This document shows positions 9,598-18,661 of a DNA stretch of 64,000 bases, piece by piece. The position numbers and the translations under genes are program-made. How positions within the stretch are numbered: the first letter of the stretch is position 1; every line of letters starts with the position of its first letter. The DNA is from Nitrososphaera sp. GTDB taxonomy: Archaea > Thermoproteota > Nitrososphaeria > Nitrososphaerales > Nitrososphaeraceae. The stretch lies in assembly GCA_045809625.1 (NCBI GenBank), contig JBJMEA010000049.1:7500-71499 (forward strand), written 5' to 3'. Below the pieces are notes generated by a model. That model saw only the letters and a list, made by a program, of their open reading frames with translations. It made no database searches and had not been told where the DNA came from.

Positions 9598-10281
9598 TTG
9601 TATAAACTCATTGTTGATGAAACGCCCCTGAGCGAAGAGGAGCTTTCATATCGTAGAATTACAGTAGCGACCGTTCGCGGTCGCCCTTACTATAATATAA
9701 CATCCGCGCTCCGGCTAATGGATCTTCAATTTGATTCGTTATCTCCTGAGGAAGCTGCAGTATCAAATGCTAAAGTCATTATTACCACACAGGACGAGGC
9801 TGGAATTGTAAACAAGAATGGCATTGTCATGATTGATACCGAACTTGAAAAGTATCCTGCAATTGCCAAGGCAAAGATCTTGCGAAACATCATGAGCGAA
9901 CGCGTAGTAGATGATCAGCTAATAATAGGAATAGATCCAGGTAGCAGAATCGGAATATCTGTAATATATTTGCATCACGAGATTACCAGCTCAGTTGTCG
10001 AATCCTCGGTTCAGGATGCGATTAATCATATCTCTGCTATACTCGGCGGTGTAGAATCACGGAAAAAAGTGGTGAAGATAGGTGATGGTAACGTCGATAT
10101 GGCAATACAGATTGCGCATAGTCTGAAAATAAAATTCAAAGAAAGTGTTAGCATTGAGATAGTGGATGAACATGGAACGTCATTACCACAATATGCTGAT
10201 GCCAACAGACGTGGAGTACGGGATAGATCATCTGCAAGGGCAATAGCATTTAGAAGCGGAAAGATCTATATTTTGAAATAG
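9598..10281 (+). CDS. hypothetical protein with C-terminal RuvX/YqgF-like RNase H-fold nuclease domain
   Basis: IGIDPGSRIGISVIY ... KVVKIGDGN ... SIEIVDEHGTSLPQ follows the YqgF pattern (GxDxG ... vvG.P ... vDEr.TT). The N-terminal ~105 aa are unassigned. Confidence 0.5.
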   Translation: MYKLIVDETPLSEEELSYRRITVATVRGRPYYNITSALRLMDLQFDSLSPEEAAVSNAKVIITTQDEAGIVNKNGIVMIDTELEKYPAIAKAKILRNIMSERVVDDQLIIGIDPGSRIGISVIYLHHEITSSVVESSVQDAINHISAILGGVESRKKVVKIGDGNVDMAIQIAHSLKIKFKESVSIEIVDEHGTSLPQYADANRRGVRDRSSARAIAFRSGKIYILK

Positions 10282-10647
10282 AGTTTGCTTGTAAGCTTGA
10301 ATAAACGATAAGATTTTGTTATGGTTACAAAATTTTCGAGGGACCTCTTTTTTAATTTCAAATCAGAAAATAACCTGGTTTGTGAAGATGCTCTTAAATA
10401 AGAGATTTAGACATGAAAATTGAATGAGGCCCTACAGCGATGCCTGAATAAACAGCAGATTTTTATGATCAAGCTGCAGTAAGAGAAAGCTAAAAGACTA
10501 TTTGGATTTTTACTAATTATTAATGATATTTGATCTTTTCAAAGTGGTAAAAAATAAAATAACGTCGGTATTTATAGAATTTTTGAAAAACCATCCTTTG
10601 TTCTATTCTCAAACGTTGTTTTGATGCAATGTGAAGTAGCGCAAAGA

Positions 10648-10721
10648 TGCGGTCACCGGGATTTGAACCCGGGTTATAGGCTTGGGAAGCCCATGTCATA
10701 ACCAAACTAGACCATGACCGC
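10648..10721 (-). tRNA. tRNA-Gly (anticodon CCC)
   Basis: Reverse complement GCGGTCATGGTCTAGTTTGGTTATGACATGGGCTTCCCAAGCCTATAACCCGGGTTCAAATCCCGGTGACCGCA folds as a cloverleaf. It has a 7-bp acceptor stem GCGGTCA/TGACCGC, T arm CCGGG-TTCAAAT-CCCGG and anticodon loop TTCCCAA. No intron and no encoded CCA. Confidence 0.9.
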
Positions 10722-11044
10722 GCTTCAGTGGTAGGCGGATTGACAAGCGTATTAAGTCTTGTTGAAGGCATGTTGTCAGTATGGATGTTAAACATTCTAC
10801 AATATTCTTGGTCTATTTCGATTACTATCCGTAGGCATTCTTGACCCCATCGCTGTTGCAAGATGTATGCTAGTAGTTAAAGGACTACAATATTGGGTTC
10901 TTTTTCATATCTTGCTGCGGCCTAATATTTATTTGTCCTGTCAATCTCTATAGCAACTCCTTGAGTATACATATTTTGTTGTCAATCTTGTAGAATTGTC
11001 TATTTAGATATTTTTAGACCAAGGCCCTAATTCAAGCTTGCTAT

Positions 11045-12220
11045 CTAAAGTTGCTTTATGGCCTGCTTGGCCCCTTTCTTGCTTTGAAGTTCTATGAGAA
11101 CACTATTCAAATATGTCTTTACATCCTTTTGCTCTAATGATGGCTGTATGCCTGTTTGTTCTTTGATGATCTCTCTTTCTTTTTCTATAATATCTAGAAT
11201 CTTCTTTTCTGTCTCTTGTCCAAGCTGTGCCACAGCCATAGCATCAAAAAGTTTAGATCCTGCTGAGGTTTTGATTAATTTGCGGAGCCTCGCATCTTGA
11301 GCAAGATGAACCGCAGAAAGGTAAAACCCTGCACACAACATAAATGATGCCAACAACATTAGCGAACGACCTGCTACTCCAAAAGTTTCCTGAAGAGCAG
11401 AAGGTGCTAATGTGATGCTCATCATCATAGCTCCAATTGCTGCAATGGTGAAATAGTCTCTTATCTTTTTAGGTTCAACTTTTCTTGCTATTACAAGAAA
11501 AGCAACTCCAAACATAATACTTCCTGCTATCAAGCCTACTCTAAAAATGGATCTGAAGAGATATGCATTTTGAAAGTCTTCCCAACGCCATGGTATGCCT
11601 GTAAAGAGAGTATACAATTCTGTAAATCTTCCTACCATGTAAAGTACTAGTGGAATTGTAAGTAAAATCAGGAGTGCAACTGGCATCTTGCCTACCCTTT
11701 GATGATGATACTGGCGTAGAAGCATTGTTGTAATAGGCCATGTAAATACAAATGAAATGGTAATTGGAATCCGGCCGTTCAGATAAGAGTAAATCATCTT
11801 CATTGAGGAGGGCACAATGTATAATGTTGTGATATCGGGCTTGACTACCTTGTATTGTACGTCTCCTTGATATTTTTCGTCCCTTTTGTAGACAAACGTA
11901 TCTTCTGGGACTGCGCCCTGGGAGGATTCTTGTTCCACTACCTTTACAAGTAGCATCTTAGAGCCTGCATCAAAAGCCATTGCAGCAGCAAGTCCGCAGA
12001 TAAACAACATCCTGTGAGTGTCTTTATCATTGCTTACTCTATACCATGAGAAAAACTTGAAACTAATTATTATCATTATACCTGAAGAAATTATAGTACT
12101 GAGTGAAAGGGTGAAGTAGGCTGCGTATCTAACGCTAACATTATAGTAATAAAATCCCAAGAACATTGTCGCAAAACAGGCAGTTAGAATCAACATACCT
12201 GATATTATTACCTTGAACAT
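11045..12220 (-). CDS. polytopic membrane protein with C-terminal cytoplasmic coiled-coil; function unknown
   Basis: 391 aa with about 8-9 hydrophobic segments, then a charged helical tail (ETEKKILDIIEKEREIIKEQ). Confidence 0.65.
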   Translation of the reverse strand: MFKVIISGMLILTACFATMFLGFYYYNVSVRYAAYFTLSLSTIISSGIMIIISFKFFSWYRVSNDKDTHRMLFICGLAAAMAFDAGSKMLLVKVVEQESSQGAVPEDTFVYKRDEKYQGDVQYKVVKPDITTLYIVPSSMKMIYSYLNGRIPITISFVFTWPITTMLLRQYHHQRVGKMPVALLILLTIPLVLYMVGRFTELYTLFTGIPWRWEDFQNAYLFRSIFRVGLIAGSIMFGVAFLVIARKVEPKKIRDYFTIAAIGAMMMSITLAPSALQETFGVAGRSLMLLASFMLCAGFYLSAVHLAQDARLRKLIKTSAGSKLFDAMAVAQLGQETEKKILDIIEKEREIIKEQTGIQPSLEQKDVKTYLNSVLIELQSKKGAKQAIKQL

Positions 12221-12486
12221 TCAGCCAAAAAGATGGATTTAGTTCTTAAATCTGAGCCTGCTTGGCTAACATACTTCAAGATAATGAATGATCCTGTTGC
12301 CCTTGCAATTATAGTAAACCCAAAAATAATTGCTCCAGAAAAATTATCGTAGGTAAACATCTGCCTGCTTGCTAAATAATCTATAATGATGGCAGTAGTA
12401 ATTGCTATTGCAGCAATGACTGCTGTTCTTCTTGATTGCAATTTAATAACTGCCAATTTTGTAAATACGGCGCTCTTTCTTAACAA
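12208..12486 (-). CDS. small membrane protein (about 3 TM), possibly the detached N-terminus of the downstream membrane gene
   Basis: 92-aa hydrophobic ORF with a TTG start. It overlaps the next membrane ORF by 13 nt in another frame, next to a T5 run. Confidence 0.4.
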   Translation of the reverse strand: MLRKSAVFTKLAVIKLQSRRTAVIAAIAITTAIIIDYLASRQMFTYDNFSGAIIFGFTIIARATGSFIILKYVSQAGSDLRTKSIFLAECSR

Positions 12487-14516
12487 ATATCTTTATTATC
12501 CATGATAATTCTAGATTTATCTATTATCTCTGCTTTAACGTTATAAATCTTTTGTATCTTGTTATAGTTCTATAGGATATGATGAAATGATGGAACCTTT
12601 ATGCATAATTTGTATACTGTAGACTGGGCATAATTTCTGAAAATTCTCATTTTATGCTAAAACTTAGTTATTCATTTTCTAATTAGCCATAAAGCAAAGA
12701 AGGTGCAGTTTGGTAGGAAGCTATGTAAGCTGCTGCTTCTTTCTCTCTTTTTTAATCGTTGTTCTTGATCCTCTTAGCTTACTTCTGTAATCTTGAAGTT
12801 TCTTCATCGCGGGATCATTTTGTTGTCATATTTTTTCATTCAATCTTTCTTATTGGGTCTAAGGAAATTAGAGATGATAACCTTGCCATCGGCTATATGA
12901 CATGCAGAGACTATATTGACAATTTCCATTTATATCCAGAACCATACTGCAAAGTGCTTCTCCGCATGGATGCCTCCATATGTGCTTGCTATTCATGGGC
13001 AGATGTAAACCTGCAAGCCCACTGAGCAACCGGGCTGATGATGAAGAATCCTGATGCGGTCTATAGAAACCCACACTTGTTACTTAATAAGCTAGTAAGC
13101 AGTAATGTTTTATTCGAGCTGCCTTTCTTATCATGATATTCAGCCCTTACCAAAATCTTAATGTTGTTTATCTAACAAATACAAAAAATAGTCTTTATCA
13201 AAGAGATTAGAGTGCCACAAGGGGGTAAAAATTCCTGTCTGTGTTGTTGTTGCTGCTGGTATTGCAACACCCTACAAATATGTCTACTAATGCAATTGCG
13301 CATTGATTTGGCAATATTGCAATATACAGATCTTATGCCTCTTGATTACAATTTCTCTAGCTTTCAAGCTACATTGTTAGCAAGACAGTCTGCGCCTTCT
13401 TCTAAATAAGCAGCACGAAAATTTAATTGCGCGAGCCTCCTGTCCCTTTGAATGGTGAAGTATTTTTATTTCCCGACCATGGAACAAAGGTTATAGGAGT
13501 AGAAATATTGAGTAATATGTTATATTTTTGATAGCAAATAAGTCACCATTTATGAATTCATGCACAGTATAAAGAACTGACATTAAATGAATGAATAAAA
13601 ATCAAGGGCAGAAGCAAAGCTATTGTGAGTTTATTCAAGATCAGGAGGAGAATCTAATGACAACTATAAGTGAATAAAGATTCACATCCTAAGCACATTC
13701 TGTGTCTCTTTTTTCATGTATTCATGACTTGCGATATTGTGGTATTGATGTTGCAAAGCAATAAAGCTATACCATTTTAATAAAGTGGACAATATTTTTT
13801 GCAGTTTTATCTAATGTAGATTTATGGTTCACGTTATGATGATGGAACAATGGCAAAGACAATGGATCTTGAGTTTGATGCGCTTTTACAATGGCAACAG
13901 ATTGTTGGCAGCAAAAAGAATGTCTGAAATTTCTAAAAAAGAAATACGAGAATGTTGGCAATTATTAGAGGAGGTTCTGCCTATGAGTACTATAGACCGA
14001 CTAAAATATACTTCGCTTGGGATGATGGATTGATGTGGTTCGCAGTGGCTAGATCATTTTCTTTTTCTATAAACGGTGGAATCTCCTCAGAAGATGACTT
14101 AAAACTTGATTGAAATCAGATGATTGCATGCTGTGCCTGGGATTGAGTCAATAGTTCTTATTGCTCTCGCATTCCCTCTGGTTATGTACAAGTTCCTCGC
14201 TTATCTATCGCCGTCAATGGGCAAGTATTGATTAAGTTATGGAACGTATCGCACCGTATGGTTATAACATCATATCACATCATCAAATTTTTTGACAATC
14301 TGTTATGGCATATCAGATGCCTCTCTGCTCTTTGCAGATCATAACTAGACTTATCGCCTTCTTTTGAATGTTCTTAAAGGTAGGGCCAATGGTACATTTC
14401 ACGCACAAACCTAAAATTGCGACATGCATGAACATCTGATAACTATTTCTTGTCTACATTCACATCTACATGTGATAAATATGAGTATCGCTCCAAGATT
14501 TGTTAATTCATTACTG

Positions 14517-14556
14517 TGTATATATATTAAATATTGTGAAAACAACAATATTGTGA
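14517..14556 (+). promoter_or_regulatory. putative promoter/operator of the AAA+/vWA operon: TATA-like run followed by two AATATTGTGA direct repeats
   Basis: tgtatatatattaaata (14517-14533) is TATA-like. AATATTGTGA occurs at 14530-14539 and again at 14547-14556 (17-nt spacing), 30-55 nt upstream of the GTG start at 14587. Confidence 0.35.
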
Positions 14557-14586
14557 CTTAATATCTTAACGCTCAAATATGTTACA

Positions 14587-15438
14587 GTGCCTATAACGCA
14601 GGTGGAATCGTCGCCCATAGCGAGCAAACTTGGCCAGGAAGAAATAATTTATCTTGACTGGAATAATGCCTTTGATACTCTTGAAAAAGCATACAGATCA
14701 GGACTATTTGTTTTGATCATCGGTCCAAAGGGTACCGGCAAGACTACTCTTGTAAGAAGATTTGGTTCAGAAATGAAAAAAGAACTTGATTCTGTCAACT
14801 TTTCTCTTCGCACTAGAGAATCGCATCTGGTGGGATCGAGGACCCTGAACAAGGGCGAAATAAACTTCGTTGAAGGTGTATTGGTAAAGTCGATGCGCAG
14901 TGGCACTCTGTTATACCTTGATGAGCTAAATGCAGCAGAGGCAGATGTGCTACTGAGGCTTGACGAAGCGCTAGATGATAGGCGTCAGCTAGTACTGAAA
15001 GAAGCAGAGGGGCAAATTGTCAAAGCAACAGACGATTGGTTTGTAATAGCCACAATTAATCCATTATCTCATGTCGGTACAAAAGAGTTACCTCCCCAAC
15101 TTCTGAGTAGGTTCCCTGTGAGGATAAGGCTTGACTATCCTCCAGAGAATATTGAGCTTGATATTGTTAGCCGCCATGTAATAATTGACGACTTACAGGT
15201 CAGGGAAGTCAAGCACGCAATTCAGCTTGCCAAAACCCTGCGAGAAGCAGCAGCAGTTGAAGAGCTGTACTACAGCCCTTCGATACGCGAGACAATAGCG
15301 TTTGCCAAAATGCTCAAGACCGGACTTTCTGGCAGACAAACTGCCGAGGTTATCTATGCAAATGCGTATGATCAATGGGGGCAAGTCGAGTATCAGAAAG
15401 TAATGGATATGATAACGTCAATCTTTGGCGATCGATAA
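14587..15438 (+). CDS. AAA+ ATPase, AAA_5 / CbbQ-NorQ-GvpN (MoxR-related) type
   Basis: Walker A GPKGTGKTT, Walker B LLYLDELN, sensor-1 ATINP, LLSRF arginine region. The 283-aa size is typical of CbbQ/NorQ. Its stop is immediately followed by the vWA partner start (TAA-ATG). Confidence 0.85.
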   Translation: MPITQVESSPIASKLGQEEIIYLDWNNAFDTLEKAYRSGLFVLIIGPKGTGKTTLVRRFGSEMKKELDSVNFSLRTRESHLVGSRTLNKGEINFVEGVLVKSMRSGTLLYLDELNAAEADVLLRLDEALDDRRQLVLKEAEGQIVKATDDWFVIATINPLSHVGTKELPPQLLSRFPVRIRLDYPPENIELDIVSRHVIIDDLQVREVKHAIQLAKTLREAAAVEELYYSPSIRETIAFAKMLKTGLSGRQTAEVIYANAYDQWGQVEYQKVMDMITSIFGDR

Positions 15439-17028
15439 ATGGCCAAAACTGCAAGCCCTGTAATGCGAAATGATGTTTTGCTAGATATCGCGACATTTCT
15501 TGCCAGAAGATGGTCTGGCAACGACAAAACAGTGATAATTATTAATCCAGATAAACCTTCAACTACCAAGCCGAACACGTATCAGATCATTCTTTCTCTT
15601 CTCAGTTACTACCCTGGCACTGAATTTCAAAAATATAGGCAGTGGCGTGTAGCGCTCTGGTATGAATCAATGAGAATGAAACACTCCGCTAAGGTACTGA
15701 GCAATGAGCATGCCTTTGGGTTTTTACTCAACACACTTGAAACGAAGAGAATTGAGATCCTTGGCTTGCGAGAATGGGAAGGAATGGCCAATGAGCTCAT
15801 GTTCAATGAAGGTATTTCGTGGATGTCGCGTCAATTATTGAATTCGATATATGGTCGCCATAAAATAGCCGAGGCATTTTCGCAATATTTTCTCACAGGT
15901 TATCTTAAAGGCGAGCTTTTCGGTGGAGAATTCGACAAGGTGAAAAAGGCAGCTGATTACTCAAATGATATAATAAAAGAGGCCATATACTACAACTATG
16001 ACACTAACTGGGTGGAGCAGCACATTCCAAAACTCATCAAGATACTTGAACTAGATTCCTTAGTTTCTATCCCTATAATATCTCCAAGGACAAGAGTCGG
16101 TGCGTCACTTAACCAGAGTGATATGCTCAAGCAGGTAGAAAAAATAGTGCAGATGCGGCATAAGAAAGAAGATGATGACGTACAGAAAAAGACCAAAGAT
16201 GTGTACGAAGGTCGAGATGTACTTCAAGAGTTCGAGACTCTTGTTGCGGAGAGCAAAAAAACAGAGAGCAAGGGTTATGAGTCATTAGAGAATTTTGGTC
16301 TCAGCATACCAGACAAAATGGATCTTGACGAGACGCAAATCTATGATGTTGACCTCATACAAAAGGTCAAAGCAGCATTTAGACACTGGAAAACAGGATG
16401 GGTTGAGCAGCATGATGAATCTGGTGACGAGTTTGATGTGGAAACTTATGTAGAGGCGATGCCCAAAACTTTTATCGCTGATTTCAAGCTCTCAATTAAG
16501 ACCAAGGTTGCGATATTGCTTGATCATTCTAGTAGCATAGCTGATGTAGAGTTAGAGTACAAGCAAGCGACAATCGCACTATGTGAAGCACTGCATTATC
16601 TTGGAATAAAGTTCGCTGTCTATGCATTCAGTACAGATAAGCAGCAAGTAAAATGCTGGGTCATAAAGCCGCCCAACATTAAATGGTCGGTAGTAAGTGC
16701 TAGGCGTCTTGTCCAGATAAGAGCAAGTGGTGGCACACCATTGGCAGAGGTTTATGGTTTACTCATGCCTGTGCTCAAGTCGTTCAAGCCCGATATCTTT
16801 GTCACTCTGACAGACGGCGAACCATCCGACTTTGACGCAGTAAGACAGATGGTGCTGTCATACAAGAAAATGGCTATACATATGATGGCAATAGGGGTTG
16901 GCCGCAACATTAATGACTCTATTGGCATAGGGCACAATTTAAAGTACCTCGACTATGAAAAGGCAATTTCTGTGAGTAGGCTACAAGATATTCCAAAGAA
17001 AGTGATTAAGCTATTGAGTAACGACTAG
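15439..17028 (+). CDS. von Willebrand factor A protein, CbbO/NorD/CobT-like partner of the AAA+ ATPase
   Basis: C-terminal vWA domain with MIDAS VAILLDHSSSI ... SGGTPLAE ... LTDGEP. It is preceded by an acidic DESGDEFDVETYVEA segment as in NorD/CbbO. The long helical N-terminal region is unassigned. Confidence 0.8.
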   Translation: MAKTASPVMRNDVLLDIATFLARRWSGNDKTVIIINPDKPSTTKPNTYQIILSLLSYYPGTEFQKYRQWRVALWYESMRMKHSAKVLSNEHAFGFLLNTLETKRIEILGLREWEGMANELMFNEGISWMSRQLLNSIYGRHKIAEAFSQYFLTGYLKGELFGGEFDKVKKAADYSNDIIKEAIYYNYDTNWVEQHIPKLIKILELDSLVSIPIISPRTRVGASLNQSDMLKQVEKIVQMRHKKEDDDVQKKTKDVYEGRDVLQEFETLVAESKKTESKGYESLENFGLSIPDKMDLDETQIYDVDLIQKVKAAFRHWKTGWVEQHDESGDEFDVETYVEAMPKTFIADFKLSIKTKVAILLDHSSSIADVELEYKQATIALCEALHYLGIKFAVYAFSTDKQQVKCWVIKPPNIKWSVVSARRLVQIRASGGTPLAEVYGLLMPVLKSFKPDIFVTLTDGEPSDFDAVRQMVLSYKKMAIHMMAIGVGRNINDSIGIGHNLKYLDYEKAISVSRLQDIPKKVIKLLSND

Positions 17029-17690
17029 ATGACTAGATTAGGATTTTCTTTCTTGACCTTCTCCCAGTCGCTTAGAAATGCGGAAAGCCCCTTATCCGTA
17101 AGTGGATGAGAAATCATTTTGCCAAGTATATCTGGTGGAAGAGTCACAACTTGTGCACCGATCTTGCCGGCTTCAATGACATGCAGAGGATGGCGAATGC
17201 TTGCAACAAGTACCTCTGTGTTAAATTGATAATTTTTGAATATCTCTACCATTTCACTAATAATTGTCATGCCCTGATGTCCTGCATCATCGAGTCTACC
17301 AATAAATGGACTGACATAGGTAGCACCAGCTTTGGCAGCAAGAATCGCCTGGTTTGCAGAAAATATCAACGTGACATTTGTCTGGATTCCTTGCTCTTTT
17401 AATTTCTTGACAACCTTCAATCCGTCAGGGATCATGGGAATCTTGACTACGACATTCTGTCCATATTTTTTGAGCCCGTGAGCCTCATTAATCATTTCCT
17501 CCATTGTAGTTCCAATGACTTCAAGGCTCACCGGTCCTTTGACTATTCTGACTATCTCACGCATGATCTCGGCAGGATTGCCCTTCTCCTTTGAAAGCAG
17601 CGTAGGGTTTGTGGTAATGCCATCTACCAAGCCCATGTCGCTGTACTTCTTGATCGATTCAATATTTGCAGTGTCTAGAAAGATCTTCAT
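17025..17690 (-). CDS. tal: transaldolase (short fructose-6-phosphate aldolase-like type)
   Basis: MKIFLDTANIESIKK, GITTNPTL, VVKIP (Schiff-base Lys region), YVSPFIGRLDD. 221 aa. Confidence 0.9.
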   Translation of the reverse strand: MKIFLDTANIESIKKYSDMGLVDGITTNPTLLSKEKGNPAEIMREIVRIVKGPVSLEVIGTTMEEMINEAHGLKKYGQNVVVKIPMIPDGLKVVKKLKEQGIQTNVTLIFSANQAILAAKAGATYVSPFIGRLDDAGHQGMTIISEMVEIFKNYQFNTEVLVASIRHPLHVIEAGKIGAQVVTLPPDILGKMISHPLTDKGLSAFLSDWEKVKKENPNLVI

Positions 17691-18661
17691 TATTTTCTAC
17701 TCCTACTCCTTGCTTCAAGTACTGCTTTTACTATCTCTGTTGAAGTCAGACCATAGCGCTCCAAGAGCATATCGATTTCCTCATCACGTGCAGATTCCCC
17801 GAATATGTCGTGGACTCCAACACGTCTGATGGGTACGGGATAGGTCTCTCCAATAACTTCAGACACGGCGCCTCCAAGACCGCCTATGATACTATGTTCT
17901 TCTGCTGTCACAATGGCACCTGTCTCTTTAGCGCATCTAGCTATTAACTCATCGTCAATGGGTTTTATTGAAAACATGTCAACTACCTTGCAGGAAATGC
18001 CTTTCATCCTAAGCTCCTTTGCTGCCTCAAGTGCCCTCCTCACCATAAGGCCGCACCCAATTATTGTAGCGTCAGAGCCATCCTCAAGAATGTTGCCTCT
18101 TCCAAGCTCAAATGTGGTTGATTGATCTGAATAAATTACATCAGACGAAGGCCTTGCAAGGCGCATATAAAATGGGCCAGAGATAGATGCTGCCATTCTG
18201 ATTAGATATTTAACTGCAATTGCGTCAGCCGGCACGACCACTCTCATATTAGGAATTGCCCTCATCTCTGCAACATCTTCTATCTGCTGATGAGAGGCTC
18301 CATCTGGCCCGACAGTAAGCCCTGCATGAGAAACAACTAGCTTCACGTTGAGGTACGGGTAGCAAATGGTATTGCGGATCTGGTCAACACATCTGCCTGG
18401 AATAAATGCAGCATAAGTGCTTGCAAATGCAATCTTGCCGGCTATCGCTAGACCTGCTGCTACTGAAACAATGTTGGCCTCTGCAATCCCCACATTAAAC
18501 ATTCTTTCAGGATACTTATCACCAAACTTTTTAGTCTTAAGAGACTCTGTTGTATCTCCCCCAATGCATACAATACGAGTATCGTCTCTTCCCAACTCAA
18601 CAAGAGTATCGCCATAGGCTCCTCTCATGTCGGAGGTTCTTTTCTCGCTACCTAATAGCAT
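17690..18661 (-). CDS. transketolase, C-terminal (pyrimidine-binding plus C-terminal domain) subunit
   Basis: 323 aa with FNVGIAEANIVSVAAGLA, HAGLTVGPDGASHQ..ED and a C-terminal domain with GSDATIIGCG. This is the second half of a split archaeal transketolase. Confidence 0.9.
   Translation of the reverse strand: MLLGSEKRTSDMRGAYGDTLVELGRDDTRIVCIGGDTTESLKTKKFGDKYPERMFNVGIAEANIVSVAAGLAIAGKIAFASTYAAFIPGRCVDQIRNTICYPYLNVKLVVSHAGLTVGPDGASHQQIEDVAEMRAIPNMRVVVPADAIAVKYLIRMAASISGPFYMRLARPSSDVIYSDQSTTFELGRGNILEDGSDATIIGCGLMVRRALEAAKELRMKGISCKVVDMFSIKPIDDELIARCAKETGAIVTAEEHSIIGGLGGAVSEVIGETYPVPIRRVGVHDIFGESARDEEIDMLLERYGLTSTEIVKAVLEARSRSRK

Noticed and set aside
10520-10861. 113-aa (-) ORF across the tRNA-Gly gene
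   Set aside because: It reads straight through a canonical tRNA cloverleaf. The tRNA explains the locally GC-rich sequence.
12579-12640. C/D box sRNA candidate (ATGATGA ... CTGA about 62 nt apart); a second candidate lies on the minus strand at 23616-23664
   Set aside because: The internal D'/C' boxes are absent or badly placed, and there are no terminal stems. ATGATGA and CTGA are expected by chance in AT-rich DNA.
13215-13226. Replication origin (ORB-like element CCACAAGGGGGT) in the 2.1 kb gene desert
   Set aside because: Only one G-string element is present, with no inverted or repeated ORB copies. There is no adjacent orc1/cdc6 gene. This is not enough evidence for an oriC call.
10282-14586. 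tRNA-Gly as an integration site for a mobile element or island (tRNA, membrane proteins, gene desert, AAA+/vWA)
   Set aside because: No integrase, transposase or viral/plasmid gene is present. By eye I could not find a direct repeat of the tRNA 3' or 5' half elsewhere in the region. The idea remains untested computationally.
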